A stretch of DNA of 64,000 nt, from positions 124,160 through 188,159 of the forward strand of contig VFGW01000020.1 in NCBI GenBank assembly GCA_009392295.1, given 5' to 3'. Positions 18,234 through 27,557 of the stretch are shown one piece after another; positions within the stretch are counted from its first letter, which is position 1; each line of letters starts with the position of its first letter. Both the position numbers and the translations under genes were made by a program. This stretch comes from SAR202 cluster bacterium. Lineage in GTDB: Bacteria; Chloroflexota; Dehalococcoidia; Lucifugimonadales; GCA-2719675. A model generated the notes under the pieces. That model did no database searches. It worked only from the letters and a program-made list of their open reading frames with translations, and was not told where the DNA came from.

Positions 18234-18457
18234 TAATATAATTTTTTTTTACAAGATTTTCGAAAAATTAATATTGAAGTAGCACAATATAATAAAATTC
18301 CAAATATTAAAAAAATCAATCCAATAATAAATATTTGGGTTACATATTGTCCTTCATAATTCCATGCGAATAAAGCAAGTCCCACAGTTAATGAGTCCAA
18401 AAGAAACCCAAAACTGATCAAAATCAAAGATATAAACCAAAAAAAATTAATCTTCAT
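18233..18457 (-). CDS. Hypothetical small membrane protein (74 aa, 2-3 TM)
   Basis: It is strongly hydrophobic. Its last helix (QIFIIGLIFLIFGILL) resembles the N-terminal helix of the downstream ORF. Confidence 0.42.
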   Translation of the reverse strand: MKINFFWFISLILISFGFLLDSLTVGLALFAWNYEGQYVTQIFIIGLIFLIFGILLYCATSILIFRKSCKKKLY

Positions 18458-18508
18458 TTAAAAATCTAATATATATATATTAATGATAAAAATATTAAAT
18501 TTAGGAAT

Positions 18509-19456
18509 TTAAAAAATTGAAGGATAACTATTCTTTTTCATAGCTTCTACAAGTTCAACCACAGCATCTGCGGATCTATTTAATTCAGATCTTTCATGAT
18601 CAGTGAGATCAAATTCAACAATTTCTTCAATACCAGATGCTCCAAGTTTTACAGCAACACCTAAATAAATTCCCTTATGTCCGTACTCACCATTAAGATA
18701 AGCTGTACATGGTAAAATTTCTTTCTTATCCAATAAAACAGATTCAACCATTTGAACTACTGCTGCTGAAGGTGCATAATATGCACTTCCTGATTTAAGG
18801 AAATTAACTATCTCAATTCCTCCATCTCTAGTCCTTTGAATTATTTCGTCTAACCGTGATTTAGGAATTAGTTTGTCTATAAGTACTCCTCCAACATTTG
18901 TTGTAGATGTAATTGGAACCATTGTGTCACCGTGTCCACCAAAAACAAATGCAGAAATAGAATCTACAGAAACATTTAATTCCATCGAAACAAAAGTCTT
19001 AAACCTAGCAGTATCTAAAATTCCAGCCATTCCAAACACATTTTTTGAATCAAAACCACTAACATCAAGAGCACATTGTGTCATAGCATCCAAAGGATTT
19101 GTGACAATTAATATTTTTGAGTTAGGAGATCGTGTTGCTGTTTCTTTAACTACAGAAGAAACAATTTTAGAATTTGCATCTAAAAGATCATCTCTTGTCA
19201 TACCTGGTTTACGTGGTAAACCAGATGTAATTACAATTAGATCAGACCCTTCTGTCTCATCATATTCATTTGTACCAATAATTTTCGCATCAGAATTTAA
19301 AATAGGACCAGACTGTAACATATCTAAAGCTTTACCCTGAGGTAATCCAGGAACTATATCAACAAGAACTACATCAGAATATCCTTTTTCAAAAATCCTC
19401 TGAGCGGTTGTTGCACCTACATTTCCAGCTCCAACTACAGTTACCTTACTTTTCAT
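18509..19456 (-). CDS. mdh: Malate dehydrogenase, LDH-like (type 3)
   Basis: The start is taken at MKSKVTVVGAGNVGATTA (ATG 19456), with GGGAG 7 nt upstream. It has GLPRKPGMTRDDL (substrate Arg context) and GGHGDTMVP. The track's TTG start at 19474 adds only 6 aa. Confidence 0.9.
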   Translation of the reverse strand: MKSKVTVVGAGNVGATTAQRIFEKGYSDVVLVDIVPGLPQGKALDMLQSGPILNSDAKIIGTNEYDETEGSDLIVITSGLPRKPGMTRDDLLDANSKIVSSVVKETATRSPNSKILIVTNPLDAMTQCALDVSGFDSKNVFGMAGILDTARFKTFVSMELNVSVDSISAFVFGGHGDTMVPITSTTNVGGVLIDKLIPKSRLDEIIQRTRDGGIEIVNFLKSGSAYYAPSAAVVQMVESVLLDKKEILPCTAYLNGEYGHKGIYLGVAVKLGASGIEEIVEFDLTDHERSELNRSADAVVELVEAMKKNSYPSIF

Positions 19457-19572
19457 GAATTTCTCCCAAATCAATATATTTATAAAGTATTATTACAATT
19501 TCAAATTTATTTTTTACTTCTTATATATAAATATCTAATTAAATGAACTTCCAAATTGTTTTATTAAAAACT

Positions 19573-21399
19573 CTAAGCCCATTTAACCAAAATATCTCCT
19601 TTATTTACCTGATCACCTGGATTAAATGGTAATTCAGAAACAATTTTATCTACAGGACTGGGGATAGAGTTTTCCATTTTCATTGATTCTATAATTAACA
19701 CATCATCACCAATTTTAACCTCTTGTCCAATTTCAACTTGGTATCTTAAAAAAATCCCAGACATAGGTGCTCTTAAATCACCCGACTCATTCGATATAGG
19801 ATTTGTATTTTGAACATTATTTGATCTATCTTTAGTGATTTTTTTAATTGATTTAAAATTTTTATTTATTGGATCAACATCAACTTTAAAATACTGATCT
19901 TCAACAAAAACATTAAATGATCGAATATTATTACTTCTAGATGGCACCTCATCTGAATTCAATTCAACTTGTTCAATTTTTGAACTGCTTGATTCTTTAG
20001 TATTAGAAGATTCTTCTTCCACTTTAATATGTCCAAATTTTATACCAAAAAAGTTTTTTGAAATAGTTGGGAAAAGTACGTGAATTAAAATATCTTTTAT
20101 ATCTGAAGATAGATCTTTTATTTCATCAGCAGCTTGATCTAATTCAGATGACAATAAATCAGCAGGTCTTGATGAAATAGGCTTATTACCTTGGGGATAA
20201 TCTTTAAGTGCTAAGGAAATATACTTCTTGTCTACAGAAGCTGGTGGACGTCCATACAATCCATAAACGTAATCTTTAACTTGAGAATTAATCAATTTAT
20301 CTTTACCGAATACAACATTATTAACAGATTGGGCAGCAACCATTTGGCTGATAGGTGTTACCAAAGCAGGAAATCCCAAAATCTTTCTGACTTTTGGTAT
20401 TTCTTGTAATACTTTTGGTAATTTATCCAATTCATTCATCTCAGATAATTGAGAAACTAAATTACTAATCATACCTCCGGGAATTTGATGACTCAAAACA
20501 CCAGCATCTACTCTAGATGCAATTTGATAATTAAAATATTGTTCATATTTAGGTAAAATACTCTCAATATAATCTGAAAATTCAATAAATAACTTGGGAT
20601 TTACAGAAAATTGATAATCAGAATTTCTCAGTGATGCAATAATCGATTCTAATGCTGGCTGTGAAGTACCCATTGAAAGAGGAGAAATAGCAGTATCAAT
20701 AACGTCTACTCCTGCTTCAATTGCTTTCAAATATGTAATAGGTGCCATACCACTAGTGCAATGAGAATGTAATTGAATAGGAATATCTACAGTAGATTTT
20801 AAATTCGAAACTAGTTCAAATGCATCGTATGGAGATAATAAACCTGCCATATCTTTGATACATAAACTATCTGCACCCATCTTTTGAAAAGATTTTGCCT
20901 TCCCAAGATAATATTCAAGATTATAAATTTTCCCATTTAAACCATCGTCATCAGCTACTGAATAAACCAAAGTCATTTGCAAATGCTTTCCAACATTTTT
21001 AACCGCTTCAGCAGCCCTAGTTAAGTTAAATTCGTCATTTAATGCATCAAACACTCGAAAAATATCAATCCCTGATTGAGCTGAAGAAGAAATAAATTGA
21101 TCTACTACATCATCTGCGTAAGCTCTATATCCAACTAAAGATTGACCTCTTAGCAACATTTGTAAAGGTGTATTTGGCATCAAGCTTTTAATCTTTTCCA
21201 AACGCTCCCAAGGATCTTCATTAAGAAATCTAATAGCAGAGTCAAATGTTGCACCACCCCAAACTTCCGCTGAATGAAAACCAATTTCATCTACTTTAGA
21301 AGCTATACCTAACATATCTTCCGTTTTCATCCTAGTAGACATCAAACTTTGATGAGCATCTCTAAATGTAGTATCAGTTATTCCTATTTTCTTAATCAT
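19573..21399 (-). CDS. Carboxyltransferase 5S-type subunit fused to a C-terminal biotinyl (BCCP) domain (oxaloacetate decarboxylase alpha / pyruvate carboxylase subunit B / transcarboxylase 5S family)
   Basis: It has ITDTTFRDAHQSL, LHSHCTSGM, and the C-terminal biotinylation motif IESMKMEN. The start could be ATG 21399 or GTG 21414. Confidence 0.85.
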   Translation of the reverse strand: MIKKIGITDTTFRDAHQSLMSTRMKTEDMLGIASKVDEIGFHSAEVWGGATFDSAIRFLNEDPWERLEKIKSLMPNTPLQMLLRGQSLVGYRAYADDVVDQFISSSAQSGIDIFRVFDALNDEFNLTRAAEAVKNVGKHLQMTLVYSVADDDGLNGKIYNLEYYLGKAKSFQKMGADSLCIKDMAGLLSPYDAFELVSNLKSTVDIPIQLHSHCTSGMAPITYLKAIEAGVDVIDTAISPLSMGTSQPALESIIASLRNSDYQFSVNPKLFIEFSDYIESILPKYEQYFNYQIASRVDAGVLSHQIPGGMISNLVSQLSEMNELDKLPKVLQEIPKVRKILGFPALVTPISQMVAAQSVNNVVFGKDKLINSQVKDYVYGLYGRPPASVDKKYISLALKDYPQGNKPISSRPADLLSSELDQAADEIKDLSSDIKDILIHVLFPTISKNFFGIKFGHIKVEEESSNTKESSSSKIEQVELNSDEVPSRSNNIRSFNVFVEDQYFKVDVDPINKNFKSIKKITKDRSNNVQNTNPISNESGDLRAPMSGIFLRYQVEIGQEVKIGDDVLIIESMKMENSIPSPVDKIVSELPFNPGDQVNKGDILVKWA

Positions 21400-21440
21400 T
21401 ACTTTTAAAATCACCTATTAATATTTTGTATATTAACCAA

Positions 21441-21626
21441 TCAACGTATTGAAGAGCTCAAGAACCAACGATTCCTAATTGCATTTTGGAGAGGTACCAT
21501 TTTCCACTTATTTAATTTAAGATCAGCTATTTCATTAACATGAGGAGAACCTTCATCATCAATATATAATGAAACTGCCGAAATAATAGCTGCTATTGTT
21601 TTAGAATGTTTATTTAAAGTATTCAC
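21441..21626 (-). CDS. Small ORF (61 aa) translationally coupled to the carboxyltransferase; possibly an epsilon-like accessory subunit
   Basis: The GTG start overlaps the upstream stop (GTGA). The position mirrors small subunits that follow carboxyltransferase genes in actinobacterial pccB-pccE and Veillonella mmd operons. Its sequence (KTIAAIISAVSLYIDDE) is only vaguely similar to them. Confidence 0.38.
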   Translation of the reverse strand: MNTLNKHSKTIAAIISAVSLYIDDEGSPHVNEIADLKLNKWKMVPLQNAIRNRWFLSSSIR

Positions 21627-23143
21627 AGCGGAATATTCCCATGTTTTTTAAATGGTAAAGATTCTCTTTTATTCTCAAGCATACCTACAGCAGAAATAAG
21701 TTTTTCTCTAACTAATTCAGTATCAATAACTTCATCTATTAAACCTTTACTAGCAGCAACAAATGGGTTCATTAATTTATCTTGGTATTCTGAAACTAAT
21801 TTTTCACGTAAAGAATCATCTGTACTTAACTCTTTTCTATTAACGATATTTACAGCTCCCTCAGCACCCATAACAGCTATCTCTGAAAAGGGGAGAGCAT
21901 AATTTACATCTCCTCTTAAATTTTTACTACTCATAACTATATACGCACCACCATATGCTTTACGCAGTATAAGACTGATTTTAGGAACAGAAGCTTCAGC
22001 ATAAGCATATATTAATTTAGCACCGTGACGAATAATACCTAAAGATTCTTGAGAAACTCCAGGCATAAAGCCAGGTACGTCAACAAAAGTGATCAACGGT
22101 ATATTAAATGCATCACAAAATCTAACAAATCTAGCTGCTTTATTTGAAGCATCAATATCTAGTGCACCAGCCATTACTGCAGGTTGATTTGCTATTACAC
22201 CAATACAAGTGCCATCCAATCTACCAAATCCAACCACAATATTACGTGCAAAATTCTCATGAATTTGTAAAAATGTCCCAGCATCTACAGTATTTGAAAT
22301 TACATCTAATACATCATAGCCAACTGATTTATCATCAGGAATTATTTTGTTAATATCTTGAAATCCATCTGTGACATCAGAATGAGAAAAATCTTTGGGA
22401 GGCGTTTCCATATTATTTTGTGGTAAAAACGCTAATAACTCTTTAATAGCATTTATAGATGTTTCTTCATCTTGATGAACAAAATGTGACACACCACTTT
22501 TAAAAGCATGCGTTTGAACACCACCTAATTCTTGATGGGTAACATTTTCCCCTGTAACAGCTTTAACAACATCAGGCCCAGTAATATACATCTGAGAAAT
22601 TTGATCTACCATAAATATGAAATCTGTAAGAGCTGGAGAATATGTAGCTCCTCCAGCAGCTGGGCCATAAATAGCAGAAATTTGTGGAATAACTCCTGAG
22701 CAAGCTATATTTTTTTCGAAAATAGAACTATATCCAGCAAGACTGAAAACACCTTCTTGAATCTTAGCGCCACCAGAATCAATGAAACCTACAACAGGAC
22801 AACCATTATTTAAAGCAAGATCCATGATTTTACAAATTTTACTTGCTGATTCTTCGGATAAAGCCCCACCATCAATAGTAAAATCTTGTGAATAAACAAA
22901 TACTTTTCTTCCATTGACAAATCCATATCCAGTTACAACAGAAGAGGGGCGATAACCAGACCTTAAGTAATCAAAAGAAACTAATCTTCCAATTTCATGG
23001 AACGAATCTTCGTCAAATAATTCATCTATCCTATCGCGAGCTGTAAATTTACCTTTGTCTTTTTGTGCTGAAACACGTTTAGGTCCACCGCCCTGCAAAG
23101 CTAAATCATTCAATTCATTAAATTTATCAAGTTGTTTACTCAA
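21623..23143 (-). CDS. Acyl-CoA carboxyltransferase (propionyl-CoA carboxylase beta / methylmalonyl-CoA carboxyltransferase 12S family)
   Basis: 506 aa. It has KGKFTARDRIDELFDEDSFHE, GGARIQEG-like GGAKIQEG, ITGPDVVK and AYGGAY. Confidence 0.9.
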   Translation of the reverse strand: MSKQLDKFNELNDLALQGGGPKRVSAQKDKGKFTARDRIDELFDEDSFHEIGRLVSFDYLRSGYRPSSVVTGYGFVNGRKVFVYSQDFTIDGGALSEESASKICKIMDLALNNGCPVVGFIDSGGAKIQEGVFSLAGYSSIFEKNIACSGVIPQISAIYGPAAGGATYSPALTDFIFMVDQISQMYITGPDVVKAVTGENVTHQELGGVQTHAFKSGVSHFVHQDEETSINAIKELLAFLPQNNMETPPKDFSHSDVTDGFQDINKIIPDDKSVGYDVLDVISNTVDAGTFLQIHENFARNIVVGFGRLDGTCIGVIANQPAVMAGALDIDASNKAARFVRFCDAFNIPLITFVDVPGFMPGVSQESLGIIRHGAKLIYAYAEASVPKISLILRKAYGGAYIVMSSKNLRGDVNYALPFSEIAVMGAEGAVNIVNRKELSTDDSLREKLVSEYQDKLMNPFVAASKGLIDEVIDTELVREKLISAVGMLENKRESLPFKKHGNIPL

Positions 23144-23301
23144 TATGAACTTCCAGAAATAATTTATTTGTGTTAATTTTTATAAAACTTACTATTCAAA
23201 CTATCAGATATATATCAAATCATCAAGAAATTATCCATATTTGAGATTATGAAAAAATCTGCTAATTAACCCCTAATTTACAACAAAATGGTGCTAAAAA
23301 T

Positions 23302-24138
23302 ATGCCAGAAATATCAAAAAATAAGTTTATATGGGGATCTCGTACTTATTCAATGGGAATAATAAATGTTACTCCGGATTCATTTTCAAATGATGGAATC
23401 CCAAATGACATTGAAAAAATCCAAAAAAAAGCAATATTTTTTGAAAGCCTCGGAACAGACATTATTGATGTAGGTGGAGAATCAACTAGACCACCAAAAA
23501 TTTATGGAAATTTAACACCTGTAAATGAAGATCAAGAAATTAAAAGAGTTATTCCTGCAATCAAAGCAATTAAAGAAGTTGTGTCAATACCCATTAGTAT
23601 TGATTCTTATAAACCTATAGTAGCGGAAAAAGCACTCACAGCTGGTGCTTCTATAGTTAATAATGTATGGGCTACTAAAAATAATGATAGAATGAATAGC
23701 CTCTTATCCGAACAAAAACCAGTTGTGATTTTAATGCATAATCAACAACATTCCAATTATGTGAATGTCGTTGATGAAGTTTTCAATAGTCTAAATCATT
23801 TAGTAGAAAAAACATTAAAACTTGGAATTGAGCCTGATAAAATAATTATTGATCCAGGGATAGGATTTGGTAAAACTACACAACATAATTTAACAATTTT
23901 ACGTAACCTAGAAAAATTTAAAAAACTTAATCAACCATTATTAATTGGTACCTCTAGAAAATCTACTATTGGCAATGTATTAAATCTACCTACTAACGAT
24001 AGGATTGAAGGTACTGCTGCTTCTATAGCAATTTCAATTTCTAAAGGTGCTGATATAATTCGAGTGCATGACATTAAGGAGATGAATAGAGTAGCAAAAA
24101 TGTCGGATGCAATAATTAGAGGCTGGGACATTGGATAA
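23302..24138 (+). CDS. folP: Dihydropteroate synthase
   Basis: 278 aa. It has GIINVTPDSFSNDG, IDVGGESTRP, DPGIGFGKT and RVHD. Confidence 0.9.
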   Translation: MPEISKNKFIWGSRTYSMGIINVTPDSFSNDGIPNDIEKIQKKAIFFESLGTDIIDVGGESTRPPKIYGNLTPVNEDQEIKRVIPAIKAIKEVVSIPISIDSYKPIVAEKALTAGASIVNNVWATKNNDRMNSLLSEQKPVVILMHNQQHSNYVNVVDEVFNSLNHLVEKTLKLGIEPDKIIIDPGIGFGKTTQHNLTILRNLEKFKKLNQPLLIGTSRKSTIGNVLNLPTNDRIEGTAASIAISISKGADIIRVHDIKEMNRVAKMSDAIIRGWDIG

Positions 24139-24616
24139 TCAAGTTCACTTAGCACTAGGTTCAAACTTAGGCGACAAAAAAAATAATATTCTATCTACAA
24201 TACAACTTATTGATTGTGTGGGTACAGACTTAATAACGTCAAAAATTTACTATACACCGCCAGATGGATTTTCAGCACAACCTGATTTTTTAAACTTAGT
24301 ATGTAAATTCAAAACTCAAAAATCAGTTTTCCAACTATTGACTATATTAAAAAAATTTGAAAATCTGATAGGTAGAAAACAAAACTTTAAAAACGGTCCC
24401 AGAATCATAGATATCGACATTTTGTATTACAACAAGCTTCATATCAATACCCCAATATTGTCAGTTCCACACCCTAAAATAAACACACGAGATTTTGTAC
24501 TATATCCTTTATGTGAAATATCACCCAATCTGATTGATCCAGTTCACAAAATTACTGTCAATTCTATGTTGACAAATTTACAAAATTCTTCAACAAAAAA
24601 TATATATACAGTATAA
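24131..24616 (+). CDS. folK: 2-amino-4-hydroxy-6-hydroxymethyldihydropteridine diphosphokinase
   Basis: 161 aa. It has ALGSNLGD, GPRIIDIDIL and VPHP. The TTG start overlaps folP by 8 nt. Confidence 0.87.
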   Translation: MDNQVHLALGSNLGDKKNNILSTIQLIDCVGTDLITSKIYYTPPDGFSAQPDFLNLVCKFKTQKSVFQLLTILKKFENLIGRKQNFKNGPRIIDIDILYYNKLHINTPILSVPHPKINTRDFVLYPLCEISPNLIDPVHKITVNSMLTNLQNSSTKNIYTV

Positions 24617-24629
24617 ATGGATTAAAATA

Positions 24630-25739
24630 ATGAAAAATTGTAACTTACAATCTCCAGGAACAAAAGTCTCTCAACTTGATACTCCAGCATTCATTGTTGA
24701 CCTAGACAAAATGGAAAATAATATCAGCAATATGGCAAAATATTGTAAATCAAAAAATATAAATTTAAGACCCCATATAAAACATCATAAAACTCCCGAA
24801 ATTGCCTTAAAACAAATCCAAAATGGTGCGATAGGAATATGTTGCCAAAAATTAAGTGAAGCTGAAGTAATGGCGCAAAATGATATTAACAATATTTTAA
24901 TTACATATGAAATCGTAACTGAATATAAAATCAATCGATTAATGGAAATTTGTAAAATAGCTAACTTAATTGTTCTGGTTGATAATCCCAAAAATATAAA
25001 AGATTTAGATGAAGCTACATCTCACTTTAATACTAATTTAGGTATTTTACTTGATATTAACGTAGGTCAAAACAGATGTGGCATAGAGCCTGATTCCCAT
25101 TTAGTAAAAGATCTTGCAAATCAAGTTTTAACAGCTCCTGGCTTACAATTTAAAGGAATTCATGGATATGCTGGTAGTATCCAAAGTATTGTTAATTTTG
25201 AAGAAAGAAAAAAAGCGGATAAAGAATCTATGCATAAATCATTAATAGCTTTAGAACAATTAAATGATTCAAAAATCCCGGTAGAAATTGTTACCGCAGG
25301 CGGAACAGGTACTTATAATCTTACAACACAATATGACCATGTCACTGAAATCCAACCAGGATCTTATGTATTTATGGATAACCAATATAGTGCTGTATTG
25401 AATGATTTTGAAGTAGCTGGAACTGTCCTTGCAACTGTAATTAGTAAACCTACATCAGGTCGTGCAGTACTTGATAGCGGGATGAAATCAATCTCTACAG
25501 ATCAATGGCCTCCAAAAATCAAATCACATCAAGGCATTTCAGTAAATACTGTCTCAGATGAACATTTAACAATTAATTTAGACTCTGAAGATTCAAAAAA
25601 TATTAAAATTGGTGATCAAGTTGAATTAATCCCTGGGCATAATGATACAACAGTAAATTTACATACTAATTGCTTTGCAATTAGAAACGGTATTGTTCAA
25701 AACGTGTGGCCTATTTCAGCACATGCTATGACTAGATAG
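24630..25739 (+). CDS. PLP-dependent alanine-racemase-fold enzyme of the DSD1 / D-threonine aldolase / D-serine dehydratase family
   Basis: 369 aa. It has LDTPAFIVDLDKME and RPHIKHHKTPE (PLP-Lys context). The C-terminal beta-domain has PGHND.T. Confidence 0.72.
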   Translation: MKNCNLQSPGTKVSQLDTPAFIVDLDKMENNISNMAKYCKSKNINLRPHIKHHKTPEIALKQIQNGAIGICCQKLSEAEVMAQNDINNILITYEIVTEYKINRLMEICKIANLIVLVDNPKNIKDLDEATSHFNTNLGILLDINVGQNRCGIEPDSHLVKDLANQVLTAPGLQFKGIHGYAGSIQSIVNFEERKKADKESMHKSLIALEQLNDSKIPVEIVTAGGTGTYNLTTQYDHVTEIQPGSYVFMDNQYSAVLNDFEVAGTVLATVISKPTSGRAVLDSGMKSISTDQWPPKIKSHQGISVNTVSDEHLTINLDSEDSKNIKIGDQVELIPGHNDTTVNLHTNCFAIRNGIVQNVWPISAHAMTR

Positions 25740-25744
25740 GACAT

Positions 25745-26731
25745 ATGATGTATACCAAACTTGGAAATTCTGGATTAGTAGTTTCAAAAATAGCTTTAGG
25801 TTTGGGTTTAAGATGTCAAAAAGATCCTAAAGAAGCTACAAATACAATACACCAAGCTATAGACTCCGGAATTAACTTTATAGATTGTGCAAATGTATAT
25901 GGTCTATTAGATGATAGAAAAAACGCAGGGACATCTGAAAAAATATTAGGTAAAGCAATAATTGGTAAGCGCCAGAAACTAGTCATAACTTCAAAAGTTT
26001 CATCTCCTGTTGGAAAGCCACCAAATAATCAAGGTACTTCTAGATATCATGTGCTTAACCAAATAGATGCCACTCTTAAACGTCTTCAAACAGACCATCT
26101 TGATATCTATCTTTTTCACGGAGTTGATAACTCTACACCAGACGAAGAAAAATTTAGAACTATGGAAATACTTCTTCAACAGGGAAAAATTAGATATATT
26201 GGTGTTTGTAATCTTCAAGCGTGGCAAGTAGTAAAATCTTTGAATATTCAAAAATCAATCAATGCCGCCCCATTAATTACCATTCAAAACCCCTATAGTT
26301 TACTAAATAGGGAATTAGAAAAAGAAATGTTCCCAATGATTAGAGAATTGGGAATTGGTATGATGGGATTTAGTCCATTAGCAGTAGGGTTATTAACTGA
26401 AATTTTCGATTCCAATAAAATTTCTTCAACAGCCTGGAGTAAAAAAAGACAAGAACAATTCAATAATATTTTTAAAGACAAAGTAATAAATGTCTGTAAT
26501 ACATTAAAAACTATTTCATTAGAACTAGGATATACGATGGCACAAATCGCACAAGCATGGATACTCACAAAACCTGAAGTTTCAACTATAATTACTGGTT
26601 CAGATAATAGAACCCAACTTAATGAAAATTTAAAAAGTTTGGAAGTTAATCTACACAAAAAACACATTGAAATACTAGATGAAGTATCTAATGGCTTACA
26701 CATCCCATTAGACAGTTTTACCAAATATTAG
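25745..26731 (+). CDS. Aldo/keto reductase
   Basis: 328 aa. It has LGNSGLVVSKIALG, IDCANVYG, LDIYLFH, IRYIGVCN and ITGSDN. Confidence 0.88.
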   Translation: MMYTKLGNSGLVVSKIALGLGLRCQKDPKEATNTIHQAIDSGINFIDCANVYGLLDDRKNAGTSEKILGKAIIGKRQKLVITSKVSSPVGKPPNNQGTSRYHVLNQIDATLKRLQTDHLDIYLFHGVDNSTPDEEKFRTMEILLQQGKIRYIGVCNLQAWQVVKSLNIQKSINAAPLITIQNPYSLLNRELEKEMFPMIRELGIGMMGFSPLAVGLLTEIFDSNKISSTAWSKKRQEQFNNIFKDKVINVCNTLKTISLELGYTMAQIAQAWILTKPEVSTIITGSDNRTQLNENLKSLEVNLHKKHIEILDEVSNGLHIPLDSFTKY

Positions 26732-26752
26732 ATATAAAAAAACCTAACTAAA

Positions 26753-26769
26753 ACGCATATTTTATGCGT
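26753..26769. terminator. Short hairpin between convergent genes (7-bp stem ACGCATA/TATGCGT, 3-nt loop) flanked by A/T runs
   Basis: Read directly from aaacgcatattttatgcgtaaaaaaa. On the minus strand the hairpin is followed by TTTAGTTAGGTTTTTTT. The stem is weak and AT-containing. Confidence 0.3.
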
Positions 26770-26821
26770 AAAAAAATATAAATACTTATATTGATTTTTT
26801 GCAACTAAATAGTCTGATTTT

Positions 26822-27013
26822 TTAATCAAAATTATCTACAACTAAGTTAGGTATACTATTTTGTATTATAAAAACTTGTTGACAATTTTTACATTGTAAC
26901 TTTCCTTCTACGACATCTTCATCGTCACCTTTATAGCCCGCTAGTAAATCTAAATCCTGTCTACATTTGGGGCAAATTAAATATTCTAACAACTCTATTT
27001 TCATCAAACTCAC
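26822..27013 (-). CDS. Trm112-family small zinc-ribbon protein
   Basis: 63 aa. It has LLEYLICPKCRQDL and LQCKNCQQVFIIQNSIPNL (two CxxC pairs). Confidence 0.75.
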   Translation of the reverse strand: MSLMKIELLEYLICPKCRQDLDLLAGYKGDDEDVVEGKLQCKNCQQVFIIQNSIPNLVVDNFD

Positions 27014-27026
27014 CTAAAATATAATG

Positions 27027-27500
27027 CTAAAAAATTATTCTTAACGCATTCGAGATAAAATATACAAATATAGCTAATAAAACCAAAGTACTATAACCAA
27101 AACAATAATAATCAATTTTCTCTAAGAAAGTTAGTCCTTTGGTAGTTAAAGTGCCAACAATTTTCGTAGACCTTCTATGTCTAGTAATGATCAAAATCAT
27201 CCAAATAAAAAGTAAAATTTTTATAAAAAAGATTACTAGATACATATAATTTATCGTATCTGGAGCAGCTAATTGATTAAACAACATAATTACTCCGCTA
27301 ACAATTAGAGCAGAAATGCATATTTTCACTACTGAGCTAAATTCTCGTCCAATTAATTTAGCCATATCATTACTAGAGCCCAATGATCTATTCAAAACTG
27401 GATTTAAAATTAAAAAATAGAATATACTACCGCCAATCCAAATGGTTGATGCAACTATATGCGTCCATGTAACTATCGTATAAAATAAATCCTGAGCCAA
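27027..27500 (-). CDS. Integral membrane protein, CopD-like (putative)
   Basis: 157 aa with 4-5 TM helices. The first helix motif HIVASTIWIGGSIF resembles CopD-domain proteins. The functional assignment is weak. Confidence 0.45.
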   Translation of the reverse strand: MAQDLFYTIVTWTHIVASTIWIGGSIFYFLILNPVLNRSLGSSNDMAKLIGREFSSVVKICISALIVSGVIMLFNQLAAPDTINYMYLVIFFIKILLFIWMILIITRHRRSTKIVGTLTTKGLTFLEKIDYYCFGYSTLVLLAIFVYFISNALRIIF

Positions 27501-27557
27501 GTTAATAATCCTATACTAATCTATTTTAATAATTGAAAAACAGCATTACTTTTTTAA

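Noticed and set aside
18469-18480. (AT)6 microsatellite; there is a similar TA run near 11031-11042 within coding sequence
   Set aside because: These are short simple repeats expected in AT-rich DNA, with no array structure or flanking features.
18873-19340. 155-aa plus-strand ORF inside mdh
   Set aside because: It is antisense to a clearly identified malate dehydrogenase, and it has no start context or family resemblance.
26293-26724. 143-aa minus-strand ORF inside the aldo/keto reductase gene; the ORF at 26000-26251 is similar
   Set aside because: These are shadow ORFs opposite a well-supported CDS.
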